64,000 nt of DNA. Origin: an uncultured Actinomycetota bacterium (GTDB lineage Bacteria; Actinomycetota; Actinomycetes; Propionibacteriales; Nocardioidaceae). The translations under genes were made by a program, and so were the position numbers. Location of the stretch: positions 13,094-77,093 of the forward strand of contig CAVSMJ010000007.1 of the NCBI GenBank assembly GCA_963729015.1, read 5' to 3'. Below the pieces are notes generated by a model. That model saw only the letters and a list, made by a program, of their open reading frames with translations. It searched no databases and was not told the origin of the DNA. Of this stretch, positions 54,469 through 64,000 are shown piece by piece (positions within the stretch are counted from its first letter, which is position 1; each line of letters starts with the position of its first letter).

Positions 54469-55666
54469 CCGCGGCGAAGACCTCGGGCAGGGCCGAGACC
54501 GAGTGCGCCGGCAGGAACGCGTCGCAGAACGGCAGCGCCGCCGCCATCGACCCGACCAGCGGCTCGAACCCCGCTGCGGCGGCCCGCGGGTTCAGCCACA
54601 CCAGCCGCCGGACCCGTCGCCGCAGCCGCGCCATCACGACGGTCAGCTCCTCGGGAGGATCGGTGTCCCACCCGTCCGAGGCGATCACGAGCACACCGCC
54701 GCGCAGGGTCGACCCGTGGCGCGACGCGAGCAGGTCGCGCAGTGACCGCGCGAGGTGCGTCCCGCCGTACCGGTCGACGACGCGCTCCTCCGCGAGCGCC
54801 AGCGCGGTGTCGGCCGACCGGTGCACCAACGCCGGCGTCAGCCGGGTCAGCGACGTGGAGAACGCGAACGTCTCGGCGCGACCGGTGCGGGCGAACGCAC
54901 GCATCAGGTGGAGGTACGCCGCCGAGTAGGACTGCATCGACGCGCTCACGTCGGTCACCAGGGTGAGCGGGCGCGGCCGCTGCACCCGCCTCTGCCGACG
55001 CAGGTCGAGCAGCGGCTCGAACCCTGCCCGTCCCGAGGCGGCCATGGTGGCGCGCATCGCGATCGACTCACCCCGCCTCCCCGCACGCGTACGACGGCTC
55101 CGGCGCATCGGCCACCGCGGAGCAGCCCGCTCCAGCCAGCGCCCGAGCACCGCCAGCTGCACGGCGTCGAACTCGTCGAAGGGGGTGTCGGCCATCCCGG
55201 TGAGCGAGCTCGGCAGCAGGTCGGGCAGGAAGAACGTCTCCTCCTCGCTCTCCTCCGACGCCGACGTGGAGCGCGGCAGGGTGTGCCACGGGAGCCCACC
55301 CTCCTCCGGCTCGCGGTCGCCGCGACCGGGCACGGAGACCAGCTCCTCGCTCGGCTGCGGCGGCTGGTCCCAGTTGACCCCTCGGCGTCGGGCGTGCGGG
55401 TCACCACCGAGATCGCTCTCCCGGAAGGCAGCGGTGAAGACGCGGTCGAACGCCGGCAGGTCGGTGTGGCGGCGGACCAGGGTCACCCGCATCTGCCAGT
55501 ACAGCTGGTCGAGCTCGTCCGGCGGCTCGGCCCCCAGCGCCTCGCACAGGTCGGCCAGCCCCGTGGTCGGGACGCCGACCCCCGCTCGCCGCAGCCGGTC
55601 GCCGAACGCAGCAGCCAGCGCGGCCCGGTCGACGCCGGGCAGCAGCACGGCCGGCGCGTCACCCAT
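54452..55666 (-). CDS. coxE: CoxE-like VWA domain protein
   Basis: DVSASM (MIDAS DxSxS), FAFSTSLTRLT, GGTHLA, IASDGWD, WLNPRA. Confidence 0.85.
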   Translation of the reverse strand: MGDAPAVLLPGVDRAALAAAFGDRLRRAGVGVPTTGLADLCEALGAEPPDELDQLYWQMRVTLVRRHTDLPAFDRVFTAAFRESDLGGDPHARRRGVNWDQPPQPSEELVSVPGRGDREPEEGGLPWHTLPRSTSASEESEEETFFLPDLLPSSLTGMADTPFDEFDAVQLAVLGRWLERAAPRWPMRRSRRTRAGRRGESIAMRATMAASGRAGFEPLLDLRRQRRVQRPRPLTLVTDVSASMQSYSAAYLHLMRAFARTGRAETFAFSTSLTRLTPALVHRSADTALALAEERVVDRYGGTHLARSLRDLLASRHGSTLRGGVLVIASDGWDTDPPEELTVVMARLRRRVRRLVWLNPRAAAAGFEPLVGSMAAALPFCDAFLPAHSVSALPEVFAAVSSTR

Positions 55667-56516
55667 CGAGGCTGTTCAGCACCACGTCGCGGTCGTCGAC
55701 GGTCTTGACGACGGCCCCCAGCGTCGCGACGACGGTGTCGCGACCGAGCTCGGTCGCACCGAGCGCGGAGAGCGCGGCCACCCAGTTGATCGCCTCCGCC
55801 AGGCCCGGCGGCTTGTCCACCTCCAGGGTGCGCACCCGACCGACGAACTGCGCCGCGGAGGAGATCAGGTCCTCGTTGGCCTCCGGCACCGTGCGGCGCA
55901 GGATGGCGCAGACCCGCTCGGGCTCGGGGTACTCCAGCCAGTGGTAGAGGCAGCGCCGCCGCAACGCGTCGTGCAGGTCGCGGCTGCGGTTGGAGGTGAG
56001 TACGACGATCGGCGGGCGCGTCGCTGTGAAGGTGCCGATCTCGGGCACGGTCACCGATCCCTCGCCGAGCACCTCGAGCAGCAGCGCCTCGAACTCGTCG
56101 TCGGCCCGGTCGATCTCGTCGACGAGGAGCACCGGCGGCTGCGGGCCGTCGTACCGCACGCAGCGCAGCACGGGCCGCTCGATGAGGTACTCCTCGCTGA
56201 ACAGGTCGGCCTCGGTGAGCTTCTCGCCGCGCGACTCGGCCAGCCGGATCGCGAGCAGCTGGCGCTGGTAGTTCCAGTCGTAGAGCGCCTCCGCGGCACT
56301 CAGTCCCTCGTAGCACTGCAACCGCACCAGCGGTACGTCGAGACAGCGGGCCAGCACGTGCGCAGCGGCCGTCTTGCCGACCCCCGGTTCACCCTCGAGG
56401 AGCAGCGGCATCCCCAGCCGCAGCGCGAGGAACACCGCGGTCGACATGCCCTCGTCGGCGAGGTAGTCGCACTCGTCGAAACGCTCCCGGACCTCGCCGG
56501 CCGACGACAGGCTCAC
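55659..56516 (-). CDS. coxD: CoxD-like MoxR AAA+ ATPase
   Basis: LLLEGEPGVGKT, RLQCYEG, LLVDEIDRADDEFEA, SNRSRDLHDALRRRCLY. Confidence 0.9.
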   Translation of the reverse strand: MSLSSAGEVRERFDECDYLADEGMSTAVFLALRLGMPLLLEGEPGVGKTAAAHVLARCLDVPLVRLQCYEGLSAAEALYDWNYQRQLLAIRLAESRGEKLTEADLFSEEYLIERPVLRCVRYDGPQPPVLLVDEIDRADDEFEALLLEVLGEGSVTVPEIGTFTATRPPIVVLTSNRSRDLHDALRRRCLYHWLEYPEPERVCAILRRTVPEANEDLISSAAQFVGRVRTLEVDKPPGLAEAINWVAALSALGATELGRDTVVATLGAVVKTVDDRDVVLNSLDG

Positions 56517-57091
56517 GACGACTCCGCGCGCATCGCCTCGTAGTCGTCCCAGGTGTCGATGTCGCGGGGCACCGGCCCGGGGATCCGGACCCGCACGACG
56601 TCGGGGCCCGCGTCCACGAGCTTCCACACCGCCTTGTCGCCATGCATCTTCTCGAGCTCACCGAACATCTTCCGATCGAACCACAACGGGTGGCCGAGGC
56701 CGTCGTCGTACTGGCAGACCCCGACCGCGTGACCGTGGGCCGCCGCCTCCAGCTCCTGCACCGTCTCGACGCTGACGCGGGGCTGGTCACCGAGGAGCAG
56801 CACGATCCCGCTGGTCTCGCGCGGCAGCTCGCCGATCGCCGTACGGATCGACGTGGCGCAGCCCTCGCCGTAGTCACGGTTCTCGACCACGTGCACCCCG
56901 GTCAGGTCGACCTCCTCGCGGACGCGGTCGGCGGCACCCCCGATGACCACCACGACGGGCGCGCAGGCGGAGTCGCGGGCGACGGTCAGGGTGACGTCGA
57001 GGACGGTGGCGCCGTCGAGCGCGAGCAGCTGCTTGGGCTGGCCGAGCCGCCGTGAGGCGCCGGCCGCGAGGACGACGGCCGCGACGGTCAC
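56513..57091 (-). CDS. Molybdenum cofactor cytidylyltransferase (MocA-like)
   Basis: VLAAGASRRLGQPKQLL, LLGDQP, GHPLWF, HGDK, DIDTWDDY. Confidence 0.85.
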   Translation of the reverse strand: MTVAAVVLAAGASRRLGQPKQLLALDGATVLDVTLTVARDSACAPVVVVIGGAADRVREEVDLTGVHVVENRDYGEGCATSIRTAIGELPRETSGIVLLLGDQPRVSVETVQELEAAAHGHAVGVCQYDDGLGHPLWFDRKMFGELEKMHGDKAVWKLVDAGPDVVRVRIPGPVPRDIDTWDDYEAMRAESS

Positions 57092-57978
57092 GAAGCCTGG
57101 CTCGCGATGAAGGTGTCGCGGCATCCCGGGTTGCAGAACCAGTGGTCGGTGCCGTCGACGACCGCGTGGATGGTCTCGGGCCCGACCGTCACGGTCATGC
57201 CGCAGACCGGGTCGACCGCCTGGAGCGGGCGCGGAGCGGGTCGTTCACCGGGAGCCGCCGTGAGTCCCTCCAGTCGGATGCCCTTGACGATCGCCGCGAG
57301 GATCGACAGCGCGATCTCGGGCGCCGTACGGGCGCCGATCTCGACGCCGACGTGCGGGTGCACCCGACTCCGCTCGTCGTCGGTCAGGCCGAGCTCGGCC
57401 AGCACCGCCTCGCCACGGGTGTGACTGGAGACCAGGCCGACGAAACCCACGCCGGCGTCGAGGGCTGCCCGGATCGAGGCGGGCTCGTCGCCGCCATGGC
57501 TCGAGATCACCACGGCGACGGCGCCGTCCAGCCGGGCACCCTCAGCTGCCCGGTCCACGACGAAGCCGAGCGTGGGCGCCAGCGTGGCGACCGCTTCGGC
57601 GGTCGGCGAGGTGCCGACGAGGTACAACGCCGGCGACGGGAGCAGCGGCTCGAGGTAGATCTCCAACGCCCCTCCTGACAGGCACGGGTTCACCACGATG
57701 CTCGCACCCGGGGTCTGCGGGAACGAGTCGTCGCTGTCCGGCAGCACCCTCAGGAGTACGCCGACCCCCGACTCCAGCGCGCCGAGCGCCGCCGTCCGCA
57801 CCGAACCCGCAGCGCACTGACCGCCGACGAACCCCTCGATGGTGCCGTCGGACAGCACGATCGCGCGGTCGCCCGCGTGGGCCGAGCTCGGCTCCTGGGC
57901 GCGCACGACCGTCGCCTGCACGAACGGGACGCGCGAGCGGGTGAGCTGGTCGATGCGTTCGGAGAGCTGGGTCGTCAC
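57088..57978 (-). CDS. XdhC/CoxF-CoxI family Moco chaperone with C-terminal YHS-like metal-binding domain
   Basis: ATVVRAQEPSS, GFVGGQCA, NPCLSGGALEIYLEP, TAPEIALSILA, VDPVCGMTV..WFCNPGC. Confidence 0.9.
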   Translation of the reverse strand: MTTQLSERIDQLTRSRVPFVQATVVRAQEPSSAHAGDRAIVLSDGTIEGFVGGQCAAGSVRTAALGALESGVGVLLRVLPDSDDSFPQTPGASIVVNPCLSGGALEIYLEPLLPSPALYLVGTSPTAEAVATLAPTLGFVVDRAAEGARLDGAVAVVISSHGGDEPASIRAALDAGVGFVGLVSSHTRGEAVLAELGLTDDERSRVHPHVGVEIGARTAPEIALSILAAIVKGIRLEGLTAAPGERPAPRPLQAVDPVCGMTVTVGPETIHAVVDGTDHWFCNPGCRDTFIASQAS

Positions 57979-58009
57979 AAGTCCTCTTCCACTCCTGGAT
58001 GGGCGGGGT

Positions 58010-60402
<2,393 letters not shown>

Positions 60403-60406
<4 letters not shown>

Positions 60407-60888
60407 GACGCGCTCCCGGCGGTCTCGGTCACAGGATGCTCGGCCGCCCACAGGATCGAGCGCACGATGGTGGTGTAGCCGGTGCAGCGGCAGATCTGCC
60501 CGGAGATCGCCTCGCGGATCTCTGCTTCGGTCGGGTGGGGGTTGCGGTCGAGCAGCGCCCGTGCCGTCATCAGCATCCCCGGCGTGCAGAACCCGCACTG
60601 CAGCCCGTGGCAACGCATGAAACCTTCCTGCACAGGGTCGAGGACCCCGTCCCTCTCGAGGCCCTCGACCGTGCGTACCTCTCGGCCACCGGCCATGGCG
60701 GCCAGGACCGTGCAGCTCTTGACGGGTTCGTCGTCCATCCAGGTCACGCAGGTGCCGCAGTTGCTGGTGTCGCACCCCCAGTGGGTGCCGGTGAGCCCGA
60801 GCTCGTCGCGCAGGAAGTGGACGAGCAGCATCCGTCCCTCGACCTCGCGGGTCACGCTCTCGCCGTTGACCGTCATGGTGACCTGCAT
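60403..60888 (-). CDS. coxS: CO dehydrogenase small 2Fe-2S subunit
   Basis: GCDTSNCGTC, KSCT, QCGFCTPG, ICRCTGY. Confidence 0.95.
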
Positions 60889-61787
60889 CAGCTGTTTCCC
60901 CTCTGGTCGCCGGCGAGGCCGGCTTCGATCCGTCGTACGGCGGTGCGCAGCGTGCGGCGGGTGAGCTCGTCGGCGAGGTGCCGCTTGTACTCGACCGTGC
61001 CCCGGTTGTCGGTCGACGGTGAGCAGTTCGCCGCGGCCAGCTCGCCGGCCTGCTCGTAGAGCTCCTCGCTCGGTTGCTGGCCCGCCATCAGCTCCGAGAT
61101 CGCCGGGATGCCGGCTGTGTTCGGCCCGACAGCGGCGAGCCCGACGCGGGCGTTGGTGATCGTGCCGTCGTCCATCCACACCGCCGCACCGGCCGACGTC
61201 ACGGCCCAGTCGCCGGCCCGGCGCTCGACCTTGGCGTAGGCACTGGAACCGCCGGGTCGGACGGGCAGCCGGATCTCGGTGAGGATCTCCGCCTGCCCGA
61301 CCGCCGTCTCGTAGGGACCACGATGGAACTCCTCCATCGAGACCACCCGCTCGCCCGACGAGCCCCGGATGACGCAGCTGGCATCCAGGGCGGTGCAGAC
61401 GGCGGTGAGGTCCTCCGAGGGGTCGGCCTGGCACAGCGAGCCGCCGATGGTCCCGCGGTTGCGCACCACGGGGTCGGCGATCACCTGCTCGGCGTCGGCG
61501 AAGATCGGGAACACCGCGGCCAGCTCGGGTGACTCCAGCAGCTCGCGGTGCCGCGTCATCGCACCGATCCGGACCTCGTCGACCCCGACCCGCACGTAGC
61601 CGAGCTCGTCGTGCAGGTCGTTGATGTCGATGAGGTACTCGAGGCCGGTCAGCCGCAGCTTCATCATCGGGATCAGGCTGTGGCCGCCGGCCACCAGTCG
61701 TGCCTCCTCGCCGAGCCTCTCCAGGAGGCTGATCGCGTTGTCAACGCTCGTGGCGCGCTCGTAGTCGAAAGGTGCGGGTACCTGCAC
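60888..61787 (-). CDS. coxM: CO dehydrogenase medium FAD subunit
   Basis: MQVPAPFDY, AGGHSLIPMMKLR, IADPVVRNRGTIGGSLCQADP, RGTVEYKRHL. Confidence 0.95.
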   Translation of the reverse strand: MQVPAPFDYERATSVDNAISLLERLGEEARLVAGGHSLIPMMKLRLTGLEYLIDINDLHDELGYVRVGVDEVRIGAMTRHRELLESPELAAVFPIFADAEQVIADPVVRNRGTIGGSLCQADPSEDLTAVCTALDASCVIRGSSGERVVSMEEFHRGPYETAVGQAEILTEIRLPVRPGGSSAYAKVERRAGDWAVTSAGAAVWMDDGTITNARVGLAAVGPNTAGIPAISELMAGQQPSEELYEQAGELAAANCSPSTDNRGTVEYKRHLADELTRRTLRTAVRRIEAGLAGDQRGNS

Positions 61788-61798
61788 TGGGACCTCCG

Positions 61799-61814
61799 TG
61801 TGGCCTGGGTCACA
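61799..61814. promoter_or_regulatory. CRP-like site upstream of coxM
   Basis: TGTGG-cctggg-TCACA versus TGTGA-N6-TCACA. Confidence 0.6.
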
Positions 61815-61852
61815 CGACTATCGGTCCGCCGGGCAGGCCCCGTCAACGGCAC

Positions 61853-61868
61853 CTAAGCGAACCCTTAA
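61853..61868. promoter_or_regulatory. CutR-type inverted repeat upstream of coxM
   Basis: CTAAG-cgaacc-CTTAA, one mismatch to TTAAG-N6-CTTAA described upstream of mycobacterial cutB. Confidence 0.6.
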
Positions 61869-63251
61869 CTAGGTCAGCGAGACGTCGAAGAAGTCCTCCA
61901 GAGCCGGCACTCGGCGGAGCACGAACCGGTCCAGCAGGAGTACGACGAGCAGGCTGATCCCGAACATCGGGAGGAACACCCCCAGACCCACCAGACCGAC
62001 CGCCAGCAGGGGTGACCCGCCCACCGGCAACCGGCCGCGCGGAGCCCCGAGGCGGCCGCCCCGGGGCCGACGGCGCCACCACATCAACGGGCCGCTCACG
62101 CACAGGAAGATCACCGCGAGGCAGAACAGCGCCGATCCGACCATGTTGGCCAGCCCCAGGCTGCGTCCCTCGTGCAGGCCGATGCCCTGCGAGACCACCT
62201 TCGCGAGCAGCGGGTAGTCGTCGTACCCGTAGGTCGCGCGCACCTTGCCGCCGTACCGGTCGACGTGCACGGTCCGCTCGTCACTCGGCTGGTCGAACGC
62301 GTAGCCGATCGCGGAGAAGGTGCCCTGGTCGTCGGCGGGCAGGGCGACCGTCATCGGGTGCCGCAGGCCCTCGCGCTCGCCGACCACGATCGCGGTGTCG
62401 ACGTTCGCCACGGACACCTCGTCGCCCGGCTTCGCGCCCTCGGGCACCCCGGACTTCTGCAGGGCCCAGGGCAGCTCGGCGTGGCTGTGCGGCAGCGACT
62501 CGTCCAGGGTCGATGCCGGCTTGGACTCGGCCCCGTGGTCGAGGCTCCAGAACGACGTGCCGGAGGCGGTCGCGATCTTCTGCACCTGGGCGCCCCACAG
62601 GCCGGTCCACGGCAGTCCGGTCACGACCATCCCGAGCAGGCCGACGCCGACGAAGACGCCGACCAGACCGTGGCTGGAACGCATCCTCGCGCCGTTCCGG
62701 GCGGCCTTCCGGTTCCGTCGCCGGCTCCGGAACCCGCGCAGGAACAGGTAGTAGCCGGTCAGCGCCATCACCAGTGCCCAGCAGATGCCGAGCTCCATGA
62801 ACCGGTCGCCGACGACCCCGGACATCAGGTCGGCGTGCAGCCGGATCGCGGTGCCGCTGAGCGTCGCGTCGGGGTCGAGGTCGCCGAGGACCTCGGTGGT
62901 CCACGGATCGACGTAGACGTCGCGCGCCGAGCCGTCGGGCTGGGTGGTCGAGAAGACGGTGCTGCGCCCGGCGTCGCGAGGCTCGGCCATCGAGGCGACC
63001 TCGGCGTCGGGGTAGGCCTTCTCGACGGCGGCCAGCTGGCCGGCGTACGGCTGCATGACGGCGGTGCCGGCCGGTTGCTCCACCTTCATGAGGTCGGCGT
63101 GCATCAGGGGTTCGAACTGGAAGCGGAACAGGTAGATCAGCCCGGTGACGGACAGGACGAGCAGCACCGGGATCACGATGAAGCTGGCGTAGAAGTGCCA
63201 TCGCCAGAAGGCGCGGAACCAGTTGGGGGGTCGTGTGGGTGGTGTGGACAT
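61869..63251 (-). CDS. PepSY-associated TM helix domain protein (putative metal reductase/uptake)
   Basis: FWRWHFYAS, LSVTGLIYLF, VYVDPWT, IRLHADL, TGLPWTGLWG, GIGLHEG, MWWRRRP. Confidence 0.9.
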   Translation of the reverse strand: MSTPPTRPPNWFRAFWRWHFYASFIVIPVLLVLSVTGLIYLFRFQFEPLMHADLMKVEQPAGTAVMQPYAGQLAAVEKAYPDAEVASMAEPRDAGRSTVFSTTQPDGSARDVYVDPWTTEVLGDLDPDATLSGTAIRLHADLMSGVVGDRFMELGICWALVMALTGYYLFLRGFRSRRRNRKAARNGARMRSSHGLVGVFVGVGLLGMVVTGLPWTGLWGAQVQKIATASGTSFWSLDHGAESKPASTLDESLPHSHAELPWALQKSGVPEGAKPGDEVSVANVDTAIVVGEREGLRHPMTVALPADDQGTFSAIGYAFDQPSDERTVHVDRYGGKVRATYGYDDYPLLAKVVSQGIGLHEGRSLGLANMVGSALFCLAVIFLCVSGPLMWWRRRPRGGRLGAPRGRLPVGGSPLLAVGLVGLGVFLPMFGISLLVVLLLDRFVLRRVPALEDFFDVSLT

Positions 63252-63279
63252 GGGTGTACTCCGGAGGAGAAGAGGGGAA

Positions 63280-63323
63280 CGCACGCAGCGCCGCCGTCTC
63301 GAGGACGCGCGGCGTGCGGTGCG
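63280..63323 (-). other. GC-rich stem-loop in the 90-nt gap between the RGPP gene and the PepSY-TM gene
   Basis: cgcacgcagcgccgccgtc (63280-63298) pairs imperfectly with gacgcgcggcgtgcggtgcg (63304-63323). Confidence 0.5.
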
Positions 63324-63341
63324 AAGTGGGCTGAGGTCGGG

Positions 63342-64000
63342 TCAGCCGAGGGGTGGGCCGCGCCGGGAGACGCTCCGGCTGCGGACCTGGGACTGCGGCA
63401 GCGGAGCAGCCACCGCGGCGACCAGGACGAGCGGCTCGACGCCCAGCGCGGTCGCGGTGACGGCGCGCGCGGCAGTGAGGCAGCGCTCGAGAGCGGGCGC
63501 CACGATGTCGGCCCAGCCACGGGCGGCCAGCTCCAGCAGGCGCCACAGGGCCCGCTCCCCCATCGCCAGCCACCAGCCGCACGCGGCGGCGGCGACCAGG
63601 TGGGCCAGGGCCATCGTGGGATGGGCGGTGACGTCGGTGAACGCGTGCAGGACCGGCGCAGGCACGCTCAACCCGCCGCCGGACTGGTCACCCACGCGCG
63701 AGGCGTAGGCGACCTCCATGAACGAGCCGGTGCGCGAACCCGTGCCGACCGGCACCGGCGCCCGCTCGACAGCACGAGCGACCGGGTCACCACGGTGACC
63801 GGCCGTCACCGCGAGCGCCATGTGTACGACGGACTGCCCGGCCACCAGCAGCAGCACGATGCGACGCGTCGAGCCCGGTCGGCGCAGCAGCGGCGCACTC
63901 GCGAGCGTGCCGAACGCGACGAGGGCGACCAGCACTGCCGGCGCGGGCAGCAATCCGTCGGCCTGCACGTGCGCAGCGGCGCCGGCCGTCAGCGCGACCG
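63342..64000 (-). CDS. His-containing membrane protein ending in RRGPP (candidate arrest/leader protein); 5' end outside the window
   Basis: GAAAHV, GQSVVHMAL, MALAHLVAA TM helices; C-terminus RSVSRRGPPLG*; frame open to the window end. Confidence 0.7.
   Translation of the reverse strand, partial: VALTAGAAAHVQADGLLPAPAVLVALVAFGTLASAPLLRRPGSTRRIVLLLVAGQSVVHMALAVTAGHRGDPVARAVERAPVPVGTGSRTGSFMEVAYASRVGDQSGGGLSVPAPVLHAFTDVTAHPTMALAHLVAAAACGWWLAMGERALWRLLELAARGWADIVAPALERCLTAARAVTATALGVEPLVLVAAVAAPLPQSQVRSRSVSRRGPPLG

Overview
Very GC-rich actinobacterial chromosomal DNA (Nocardioidaceae-like by gene style; this is inference). It is almost fully coding, with about 60 genes and many single-base indels that split genes, mostly in the first ~41 kb; these are most likely long-read errors. 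Main blocks: (1) peptidase/APC-transporter cluster and efflux units (1-13 kb); (2) an orphan cluster of unknown product encoding GTP cyclohydrolase II, a RibD-like reductase, a flippase-like protein, a GT4, a PTPS-IV-type protein and an MDR dehydrogenase. Its divergent arm is a CDP-alcohol phosphotransferase fused to an LtaS/sulfatase-fold domain, and it lies next to an ECF17 (SigL/SigU-like) sigma/anti-sigma pair whose TGAACC-N15/16-CGT promoter occurs four times in the locus (13.5-22.3 kb); (3) L-rhamnose uptake and catabolism coupled to lutABC, with a LacI regulator and visible operators (26.7-41.8 kb); (4) accessory genes including a GH16-like pseudoenzyme, a vanadium haloperoxidase-like protein and a Mo-oxidoreductase (41.8-53.5 kb); (5) a form I aerobic CO dehydrogenase cluster with CRP-like and CutR-like boxes, preceded by a PepSY-TM gene and a His-containing membrane protein ending in an RGPP arrest-like motif (53.5-64 kb). 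No rRNA, tRNA, CRISPR or transposase was seen. Strongest leads: the ECF17-controlled cluster, which may make a GTP-derived lipid headgroup for envelope modification, and the RGPP leader upstream of PepSY-TM/cox.
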